From Archangiaceae bacterium (GTDB lineage Bacteria > Myxococcota > Myxococcia > Myxococcales > Myxococcaceae): a stretch of DNA of 33,955 bases. Made by a program: the position numbers and the translations under genes. The stretch covers positions 1 through 33,955 of the forward strand of contig JAYVCD010000029.1 of NCBI GenBank assembly GCA_043750125.1. The letters are read 5' to 3'. The notes under the pieces were generated by a model. It was not told the DNA's origin. It was given only the letters and a program-made list of their open reading frames with translations, and ran no database searches. The number at the start of each line of letters is the position of its first letter. Position 1 is the first letter of the stretch. Below are positions 26,494 through 33,955 of the stretch, in pieces.

Positions 26494-29096
26494 TCGATCG
26501 TGACCAGCACGAACTTGTTGTTCAGGTCCTTTTTGATCAGCGTGACGGTCTTGTCCGGCCCGACCGCGCCTTTGAGAATTCCGATGCGCGCGTGCTCGAC
26601 CAGCGCCCACTCGCGGCCCGGCTGCGCCGCGTATTGAAAGAGCAGGTTGTTGTCTTTGATCTGCTTGACCGTGTTGCGCGAGTAGAAGGTCTCGCCGCGC
26701 CAGTTCATCAAGAACGAGGCGATCGGCTCGTCAGGCTTGCGGCCCTGGTAGTACGCCCAGAACTGATCCCGTTGCGTCCACTGATGCGACAGGTCCACCC
26801 AGTGGCTCCAACTGAACCAGAACGCCCAGAGGCAGGCGGCGGCAAGGCCGGTGGCGAACATCGCCGTCTTCGCGCGCGCCAGCGCCTGGAAGGCGAGCAG
26901 AATTCCGAACACCGTAAACCCAAAGCCCATCACCTCTTTGGCATTGGCGACTTCGGCCAGCGCGCCCCACAGCGGGTCGGGCTGCGCGCTGCTCTGAAGC
27001 CCGATTCCCGCGCCGGCCGTGGCCAGCCCCGCCGCGGCGATGACCAGCCCCAGCAGCCACAGCGAAGCGCGGCTCTCGTTGTTCGGGCGCAGCGCCTCGA
27101 AGACCACGAAGCCGGCGGTGGCGAGCATCCCCACCCCGACCATCAACAGCGCCGAGGTGGATCCTCCGGACATCACCGCCACCAGCACTCCGCCCCCGAT
27201 CAACGCCAACAGCAGCGCGAGGGCGCGGAAGAACGGCGAACGTTTGGCTCCAAACGCCTCGAAGCACAGGTAGCCGCCGATGCCGAGCAGCGCGATCACC
27301 ACCAGGTCTCCGGTAGACAAAGGCCGGTTGCTCCAGAAGCGCACCGGGTCCTGGGTCAAGAACGTGGGGTACGGGCGGTCGTAGTTGTAGACGAACAGGT
27401 CGGTGAAGTTCTTCGGGTTCCCCGCGAGATCCTTGCCGACCAGCAGCAGCAGCGGCAGCCCGAACATCAGCGAGAGCGCATGCTTCTGCACCCCTTGGGT
27501 CCATACCTTGTCGAGGTAGATCCCAATCAGGATCGCCATCGGGGGCAGCATCGGAAACACGTAGTGATGGAACTTGGTCGCCGAGGCGCCGATCAACGCG
27601 AAGCTGAAGACCAGCCAGACGGTCGCCAGAACGCCGACGTGATCCACGCCGCGGCCCGAGCGCAGCTTCAGGCTTGCGACGACCGCCAACCCACCGGGGA
27701 CCAGCAGCACCCAGGGGTAGATCGCAAAGCCACCCTGCTCGATGAAATAGATGAAGGTGCCGCCTGGAGTGGTGGTGTGAACTCCCGCTCCCAACCGCGC
27801 CAGATGGTCGTGAATGAGGAAGCGGTACCAGAACAACTTCCCTTCATCGTCGACGCTCTCGAACGCGAACATCGTGTGGTACCAGGGCAGAGCGAGCGCG
27901 AGGAAGAGGAACACCCCCGTTCCAAAGCGCATTTCGTAGAACTTGCCCCACAGCACCGGCATCTTCTCTTCGTCTCTCACCCACTGCGCGAGCGTGAACA
28001 ACACTGCGCCCACCGCGAGCAGGCCCACTGCAATGCCCACGTTTCGGATCTGCTGGGTCGCCGAAAGTGCTCCTGCCAACACCGAAAGGACACTGCCGGC
28101 GATCATCTGGGGCACCAGCGGCTGCGCCTTGTCGACGACCCGGTGCAACAAGAACGTGCTGACCCCGAAGAAGGCAAATGCGGCCGGAGTAATCCCGTAG
28201 AAGCGGTTGCCGAACAGGACGTAGGTCAACGCCCACGCGAAGGCAGCCGCAGCGGCGCCGACGAACAGCGGCATCGCGGCGCGCTTCAAGAGCCAGCGGG
28301 CGTGGGCTTCCAGCGACTTCTCGTCCCACGGAATCACCGACAACACCGCGTAGAGGACGAGCACCACCCCGGGGATCCCGAAGCCGAGCAGCCCTTTGGC
28401 CAGCGTCCCCGTCGCGCAGAAGAAATAGAAGCCGTACCACCACGCGGTGCGGTGGCGGGTCCCCTTGTCCAGCAAGCCGACCATCGCGCACGCCATCGCG
28501 CAGACCATCGAGCAGACGACCGGGTTGTCGGTCACTGCCTGGCGTGAGAGCAAGAACCACATCGGCATCGTCGCGAGGACCACCGCGGTCGCCAGCGCGG
28601 CGCGGGCACTGACGACGCGGGCCATCGCCCAGGTCAACAGCCCGATCGCCAGAACCGAGAACAGCGCGAAGGGCATCCGGAAGCCCCACTCGGTGTAGAT
28701 GCCCAGGTGGGTGGTGCCCTGCGCGATGTTTGCGCCGGTGAGCTGCATTCCCAACGCCTGCATCCACATCGTGAAGGCCGGCTTGCTGAAGAACCACGCA
28801 TTTTCCCAGTAGGGGTGGACGTAGTCCCGGCGCTGAATCATCTCGCGCGCCACCTCGCCGTAGTGCGTTTCCCACGGGTCCCACAGCCCGACCGCCCCGA
28901 GGTAGGGAATGAAGAGCAACGAGGCGAACGCGACGGCAACGGCCGTCACCCGCCAATGCAGCGGGTAGGCTAAGAACTTCTTCACCGACTCGTTTTCGAG
29001 GAAGGCCTTGCCCAGAACAATCTCGGCCAACCCACGGGTGTCTTCCGGCTGCTTTCCGGTCTCTTCGGCTTCGCTCGCCACGGGCTGTTGCTCCAC
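26490..29096 (-). CDS. ArnT/PMT-like GT-C membrane glycosyltransferase
   Basis: LWDPWETHYGEVAREM, FFSKP, RMPFAL, TLAKG, ALPWY and TKFHHYVFP, with many TM helices. Confidence 0.88.
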   Translation of the reverse strand: MEQQPVASEAEETGKQPEDTRGLAEIVLGKAFLENESVKKFLAYPLHWRVTAVAVAFASLLFIPYLGAVGLWDPWETHYGEVAREMIQRRDYVHPYWENAWFFSKPAFTMWMQALGMQLTGANIAQGTTHLGIYTEWGFRMPFALFSVLAIGLLTWAMARVVSARAALATAVVLATMPMWFLLSRQAVTDNPVVCSMVCAMACAMVGLLDKGTRHRTAWWYGFYFFCATGTLAKGLLGFGIPGVVLVLYAVLSVIPWDEKSLEAHARWLLKRAAMPLFVGAAAAAFAWALTYVLFGNRFYGITPAAFAFFGVSTFLLHRVVDKAQPLVPQMIAGSVLSVLAGALSATQQIRNVGIAVGLLAVGAVLFTLAQWVRDEEKMPVLWGKFYEMRFGTGVFLFLALALPWYHTMFAFESVDDEGKLFWYRFLIHDHLARLGAGVHTTTPGGTFIYFIEQGGFAIYPWVLLVPGGLAVVASLKLRSGRGVDHVGVLATVWLVFSFALIGASATKFHHYVFPMLPPMAILIGIYLDKVWTQGVQKHALSLMFGLPLLLLVGKDLAGNPKNFTDLFVYNYDRPYPTFLTQDPVRFWSNRPLSTGDLVVIALLGIGGYLCFEAFGAKRSPFFRALALLLALIGGGVLVAVMSGGSTSALLMVGVGMLATAGFVVFEALRPNNESRASLWLLGLVIAAAGLATAGAGIGLQSSAQPDPLWGALAEVANAKEVMGFGFTVFGILLAFQALARAKTAMFATGLAAACLWAFWFSWSHWVDLSHQWTQRDQFWAYYQGRKPDEPIASFLMNWRGETFYSRNTVKQIKDNNLLFQYAAQPGREWALVEHARIGILKGAVGPDKTVTLIKKDLNNKFVLVTID

Positions 29097-29199
29097 GAAA
29101 AAGGAAAAATTCCGCCGGGTTCTTCCCAGTTGCGAGGCGAGTCGTCCAGCAGTCTTGCGCCCGCGGCTCGACGACGCGGCGGTGGTTGCAAGCCTTCCC

Positions 29200-29460
29200 A
29201 GCCGGCCCAGGTAGCCCGAAATGAGCGCGTGAAGCTCGGCGAGCTCGCCCGCCGAAACCGGCCAGGTCTACGTCCGAGATGATCAGCTGCGGGGCCGGCA
29301 CCCTGCCTTTGGTAGTCAGCGCAAGCTCGAGGTAGTCGCACAGCTCGAGCCCGTCTTCGAGGGTCACCACCCGATGGCCGTCGTCGCGCAGCGCGCGCGC
29401 AAGTTCTTCGCGCAACGCATCGTCTTCTTCGACGATCAGGACCACCTTCGCTGCAGACAT
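29200..29460 (-). pseudogene. Receiver-domain protein with apparent internal deletion and frameshift; 3' end approximate
   Basis: VLIVEEDDALRE...PQLIISDVDLAGFGG, after which the frame degenerates. An alpha5-like ELAELHALISGYLG follows in another frame. Confidence 0.6.
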
Positions 29461-29547
29461 CGAGTTCCCCTCTGGCCGTCTGAGGCAGCTATCAACTTGC
29501 GGGCCATTGCTTGACCGCTTCCTGACGCGCTGCTACCCGCGCACCCA

Positions 29548-31959
29548 ATGGACACACGGCGATTTTGCTTGGGCGTGGGAGTCACCAGCGGCGCTTCACT
29601 GGCGCTCTCGCTGCTCTTCACGCGCATTTTCAGCGTCACGATGTACTACCACTTCGCGTTCCTGCTGGTGTCGCTTGCCCTGCTGGGAATCGCCGTCGCA
29701 GGGGTCGCCATTTCCCTGCTTCCCAAAGTGTTTCGCGAGGAACGGCTGCCGTGGCTGGCCGGGCTGTTCGCAGTCTCGATCGCTCCGCTGGCGCTGATCG
29801 CGCTCAAGGCGGCCACCCACAATCCGCTCAGCGTCGACCTGTCGTCCGAGAACACCTCGAAGCTGATCGGGCTCTACTTTTCGACCGCGATGCCCTTCCT
29901 CGCGTCGGGTTTCGCCATCTCGCTCGCCATCGCCGGGGCGAAAGAGAAAATCGGCACCGTCTACGCCTTCGACATGGGCGGAGCGGCGCTCGGCTGCATC
30001 GTGATCGTCCCGCTGGTTCCCGCCTTTGGAGGGCAAGGCGCGGTGGTGGTGATGTCGGCGCTGGCGGCCGTCGGCGGAGCGCTGCTCGCCTCGTCTGCGC
30101 TGGCCTCCCACCCGATGAAGAAGTTCGTCACCTACGCCGGGCTCGCCGTGGCGGTGGGGCTGTTGTTCCTCGCGGTCGGGCCGATGAAGGACGGCGGGTG
30201 GTTCAAGATTGCGCAGGGCACGAAGTTCCTGAACGAAAGCGCGGTCGAGTTCGAGCGCTGGAATTCGTTCTCGCGGGTGACCGTGTCGACGGGCGAAGCC
30301 GATCACAAGTGGCTGCACATCGACGCCGACGCCGCGACCCGCATGTACTCGGGCGAGATCGCCGCCGGAGGCTTCGAGGCGCCGCGGCGGTTCTCCGAGT
30401 CGCGGGTGGCGTCCATCGTCTACTCGCTTCGCAACGAAGGGCCGGCGCTGATCATCGGGCCCGGCGGCGGGCCGGACGTCATTTCGGCAGTGCGCGCCAA
30501 AGTTCCACGGGTGATTGGGGTCGAGGTCAACCCGATCATCGCCGACGTGATCATGAAGGGGCAGTACGTCTCGTGGAATGGAGACCTCTATCGCCGTCCG
30601 GGCGTCGAGGTGCACGTCGACGACGGGCGCAGCTTCATTCGAAGGTCCGAGGAAAGGTACTCGTCGATTCAAGCCACGCTGGTCGACACCTGGGCCGCCA
30701 GCGCCGCGGGGGCTTTCACGCTCTCAGAGAACAACCTCTACACCGCCGACGCCTTCGTCGATTACCTGGACCACCTCAAGCCAGACGGGGTGCTGTCGAT
30801 GACCCGCTGGTATGGCAGCCCCCCGATCGAGTTCTTCCGGCTCGCGGGCCTGGGTCGCGAAGCGCTCACCCGCCGGGGAATTTCCGAAGCGCAGCAGCCC
30901 CAGCACTTCTTCGTCGTGGCCGACAATCGAATGGCGACGATGCTGCTCAAGCCCTCGCCGTTCACCGCCGAAGACGTGGCCCGGCTCGATGCCGAGGCGC
31001 AGGCCTCTGGGCTGACCGTCCTGTATCGGCCGGTGGGCGAGCCGGGAGTGGATCCCAACCTGGCGCATTTTTTCACCACTCCGACGGCGGTGCTCTACCC
31101 GCAGCTAAAATTCGACATCAGCCCGGTCACCGACAACCGCCCGTTCTTTTTCTACACGGTGCGCGGAGAGGACTTCATCGGCCTGCTCGGCAAGCTGGGC
31201 GGAATGGAAAAGAACAACCTCGGGCTGGCGATCCTCCAGTTGGTGTTGATCGTGTCCACGGTGCTGACGGTCGTGCTGGTGCTGCTGCCGCTGCTCGTCT
31301 TCCGCCGCCGCGCGCTGACCGAAGATCGCGGGCCGAAGCTGCGCACCCTGGGTTACTTCCTGTGCCTGGGCTTCGGCTTCATCCTCGTCGAGCTCGGGCT
31401 GATGCAGCGGTTCATCTTGTTCCTCGGCCACCCGATCTACGCGCTCGCCGTGGTGCTGGCGACGCTGTTGGGAGCCTCAGGGCTCGGCAGCGCACTGTCC
31501 GGCCGGCTGGTCGAGAGGTACGGAGTGCCCGGGTCAATCACCCGCGTGGTCCGCGCATTGGCCGTCGTCCTGGTCGCCTACGCCGTGGGCCTGGGAACGC
31601 TGTTCAACGCCCTGCTCGGCTTGCCGCTGCAGGCGCGGGTGGTGATCTGCGTCATCCTCGTCGCGCTGCTGGGGGTGTTGATGGGCGTGATGCTCCCGCT
31701 GGGGGTGCGAACCGCCAACGTCTACGGCCAGGACATGGTCGCGTGGGCGTGGGGGCTCAACGGCGCTGCGAGCGTGGTGGGCTCGACGCTGTCGCTGATC
31801 GTCTCGATGCACTTCGGGTTCACCGCGACCCTGATGCTGGGCCTGGCCGCCTACCTGGTGGGAGCGAAAGTCATTCCCACCCTCGCCGCCTCGAGACCGG
31901 CGGGCGCAGCGCCGGTTGAAGTGCTGCCCGCGCCCAAGGTCGCTCAGACCGCGGTCTGA
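29548..31959 (+). CDS. Polytopic membrane protein with central spermidine-synthase-like SAM-binding domain
   Basis: N- and C-terminal TM blocks flank ALIIGPGGGPDV...GVEVNP...DDGRSFI...ENNLYT...HLKPDG and PVTDNRPFF. C-terminal WAWGLNGAASV. Confidence 0.85.
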   Translation: MDTRRFCLGVGVTSGASLALSLLFTRIFSVTMYYHFAFLLVSLALLGIAVAGVAISLLPKVFREERLPWLAGLFAVSIAPLALIALKAATHNPLSVDLSSENTSKLIGLYFSTAMPFLASGFAISLAIAGAKEKIGTVYAFDMGGAALGCIVIVPLVPAFGGQGAVVVMSALAAVGGALLASSALASHPMKKFVTYAGLAVAVGLLFLAVGPMKDGGWFKIAQGTKFLNESAVEFERWNSFSRVTVSTGEADHKWLHIDADAATRMYSGEIAAGGFEAPRRFSESRVASIVYSLRNEGPALIIGPGGGPDVISAVRAKVPRVIGVEVNPIIADVIMKGQYVSWNGDLYRRPGVEVHVDDGRSFIRRSEERYSSIQATLVDTWAASAAGAFTLSENNLYTADAFVDYLDHLKPDGVLSMTRWYGSPPIEFFRLAGLGREALTRRGISEAQQPQHFFVVADNRMATMLLKPSPFTAEDVARLDAEAQASGLTVLYRPVGEPGVDPNLAHFFTTPTAVLYPQLKFDISPVTDNRPFFFYTVRGEDFIGLLGKLGGMEKNNLGLAILQLVLIVSTVLTVVLVLLPLLVFRRRALTEDRGPKLRTLGYFLCLGFGFILVELGLMQRFILFLGHPIYALAVVLATLLGASGLGSALSGRLVERYGVPGSITRVVRALAVVLVAYAVGLGTLFNALLGLPLQARVVICVILVALLGVLMGVMLPLGVRTANVYGQDMVAWAWGLNGAASVVGSTLSLIVSMHFGFTATLMLGLAAYLVGAKVIPTLAASRPAGAAPVEVLPAPKVAQTAV

Positions 31960-31967
31960 ACGTTTCG

Positions 31968-33955
31968 ATGAAGCGACTTCGACTGGTCCAGCTTCCGGTG
32001 CCTCCTCCCGCAGCGCTGGCGGCGACGGGGAACGTTCCTCTGGCCGCCGGCTGCCTGGGCGTCGCAGCGCGGGTTCACGGCCTGGACCAGCGGCTGAAAA
32101 TCGAAGTCCTCGCCCCGTCGATCACCGACGCCTATGGGGACACCCGGCTGGCAGAGCTGATCGCGAAAGACGAGCCAGAATTTCTGGGGCTCTCTTTGTA
32201 CCTGTGGAACTCAGAGCGAAGCCTGCACCTGGCCCGTGAGGTCAAGCGGCGCTCGCCTCGCACCACGGTGTTGATCGGCGGCCCGGAAGTCGGCGCCGAC
32301 AACCCCTTCATCATGAACCAGGAAGGCTTCGACATCGCCGTCACCGGAGAAGCCGAAGACACGTTTTCTTCGGTGATGGATCGGTTGATCGAAGGGCGCG
32401 ACCCGACCGGGATGCCGAACGTCGCGGTGCGCACCGCCGCCGGGCTGTCGGCCTTCGGGCCGGCCTCGAACGCCAACTTCGCCCTCACCCAGTACCCCTC
32501 GCCCTACCTCGAAGGCCTGGTCCCGGTGGACCCGGACCGTTCGACCTACGTCGAGACGGTGCGCGGCTGCCGGTCGCACTGCACCTTTTGTTTCTACCCC
32601 CGCAGCAGCAGCGTGCTTCGGGTGCTCGATGTCGAGCGCAGCGCGCAGCTGGTCGCGACGCTGCGGGAGAAAGGGGCGCGAGAGGTGGTGTTCCTCGACC
32701 CCACGTTCAACCACCGGCCCGACTTCGAGCCGCTGCTCGAGGCGCTGGCGCGGGCCAACCCCGACCGGGCGCTCTCGTTCTTCGCCGAGGTGCGCGCCGA
32801 AGGGTTGACGCCTGCCCACGCAGCGATGATGGCGAAGGCCGGGTTCACCAAGCTCGAGATCGGGCTTCAATCGGTCAACCGGCTGACGCTCAAGCGGGTG
32901 AAGCGCGGCGGCAACCCGGCGATGGTGGCGGCGGCCGCGAAGATGATGCGCGCCGAAGGCATCGACCTGCTGGTCGACCTCATCGTCGGGCTCCCCGGTG
33001 ACACGCCAGACGACGTCGCGCGCGGCGTGGACTTCCTCGAGAAGCACGAGCTGGGCGACTGCGCGCAGGTGTTCGCGCTGTACGTGCTGCCGGGCACCGC
33101 GATGCGCGACACCGCCCTCGAAGACGGCCTGGTGTTCGAGCCCGAGCCGCCGTACCGCATCATTCGCACCGCGACGATGAGCGAGCAGGTGATTCAAGAT
33201 ACCCTGCGCGAAGCCGAAGAGCGCCTGGGCCGCCGCCTCGACGAGAAGCCGCGCCCGCACCTGGTGACCGGCGCGGAAGGGTCGATCGACGTCTTTCACC
33301 TGCACCTCGACCGCGCCACCTCCGCCGACCGCGACGCCGCCGCCCGCCCCGGCTCGCAGCACTGCGCGTTGTGGTTCGAGGGCGAGGATCTCTTCACCCG
33401 CCGCGCCGAGCTGCTGCGCGCCATCGAAGCCAGGCAGTCGGTAGACCCCTACGCCACGCTCGACGTGGTGCTGGTGCCCTCGCAGCCGTTCCCGCTCGAT
33501 CTCATCGCGCTCGTGCAAGGGCGGCTCGACGCAGCCCGCCCCTCGTACGCCACGCGCAACCTCAAGCACCGCGGCGAAGCCCACTCGCAGCGGGTCAGCG
33601 TGGTGCTGCGCGCCGACTTCCCGCTCGACTGGGTGGAAGCGGTGAGGACCCAGGCGCAGGTGTTCCGCGAGCAGTCGCTGCAGCAGGCGGTGCGCGACGC
33701 CGCGCGCCTCGGCACCGACCTGCCCGGCGCGCGCATCGTGGGCTCCGCGGGGCACGGCCCGGAGTTCGCCCAGCTCGAAGACAGCGTGGACCCTGAGTGC
33801 GTGGTCTTCGCCGATCGCCGCCTCGAGGCCGATTGGCAGCGGCGCGTGCTCGGCTACGGCGACGCGGAGCCCACGATGCGCGCGCCGGGCAGGTCGGTGC
33901 CGAGGCGCGCGGCGTCGCGCACCGCCTGCTGCAGCGACTGCTCGCGGAACACCTG
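31968..33955 (+). CDS. B12-binding-domain radical SAM protein, 3'-incomplete
   Basis: ATG 31968 gives MKRLRLVQLP...LGLSLYLWN...LIGGPEV...TGEAE, then ETVRGCRSHCTFC (CxxxCxxC), FLDPTFN, EIGLQS and DLIVGLPGD. There is no stop in the window, and sequence after ~33863 is a fold-back. Confidence 0.9.
   Translation, partial: MKRLRLVQLPVPPPAALAATGNVPLAAGCLGVAARVHGLDQRLKIEVLAPSITDAYGDTRLAELIAKDEPEFLGLSLYLWNSERSLHLAREVKRRSPRTTVLIGGPEVGADNPFIMNQEGFDIAVTGEAEDTFSSVMDRLIEGRDPTGMPNVAVRTAAGLSAFGPASNANFALTQYPSPYLEGLVPVDPDRSTYVETVRGCRSHCTFCFYPRSSSVLRVLDVERSAQLVATLREKGAREVVFLDPTFNHRPDFEPLLEALARANPDRALSFFAEVRAEGLTPAHAAMMAKAGFTKLEIGLQSVNRLTLKRVKRGGNPAMVAAAAKMMRAEGIDLLVDLIVGLPGDTPDDVARGVDFLEKHELGDCAQVFALYVLPGTAMRDTALEDGLVFEPEPPYRIIRTATMSEQVIQDTLREAEERLGRRLDEKPRPHLVTGAEGSIDVFHLHLDRATSADRDAAARPGSQHCALWFEGEDLFTRRAELLRAIEARQSVDPYATLDVVLVPSQPFPLDLIALVQGRLDAARPSYATRNLKHRGEAHSQRVSVVLRADFPLDWVEAVRTQAQVFREQSLQQAVRDAARLGTDLPGARIVGSAGHGPEFAQLEDSVDPECVVFADRRLEADWQRRVLGYGDAEPTMRAPGRSVPRRAASRTACCSDCSRNT
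33657..33955. repeat. 93-bp perfect inverted duplication (33863-33955 = reverse complement of 33657-33749)
   Basis: Base-by-base match running to the last base of the window. Confidence 0.93.

Noticed and set aside
27844-29460. 538-aa receiver fusion protein
   Set aside because: Only the first ~70 aa are REC-like; the rest is off-frame overlap with the GT-C gene.
29565-33755. ORFs 29565-31919 (+) and 32211-33755 (-)
   Set aside because: They are alternative-frame and antisense shadows of the spermidine-synthase-like and radical SAM genes, with no motifs.

Overview
High-GC bacterial window whose gene content (Cys-rich and PDAG-tailed lipoproteins, Zn-ribbon tyrosine integrase, DUF1501-type cluster) suggests a myxobacterium; this is inference. 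Bases ~1-2700 are a mobile-element junction. hicA-hicB lie directly upstream of a decayed tyrosine integrase. The integrase 3' end reads through the 3' half of a tRNA-Pro(CGG) and its terminator (attP-inside-int geometry, as in Myxococcus phage Mx8). Its stop overlaps the start of a terminase-small-subunit-like gene, which is followed by a truncated paralogue. The rest is chromosomal: a sigma54 response regulator, metB-thrA, a long RluA, a three-gene exported cluster (lipoprotein, CxxCH lipoprotein, Tat DUF1501-like protein), ROK kinase, SxxC thioredoxin, agmatinase-like hydrolase, LpxL-like acyltransferase, epmA-plsC, an SPFH protein, a GT-C/ABC operon, and a membrane spermidine-synthase-like gene followed by a B12-binding radical SAM gene that is absent from the ORF track. 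Several intergenic spaces hold gene relics. The last 93 bp are a perfect fold-back of 33657-33749, probably an amplification or assembly chimera. All family calls come from motif recognition by eye, not from database searches.
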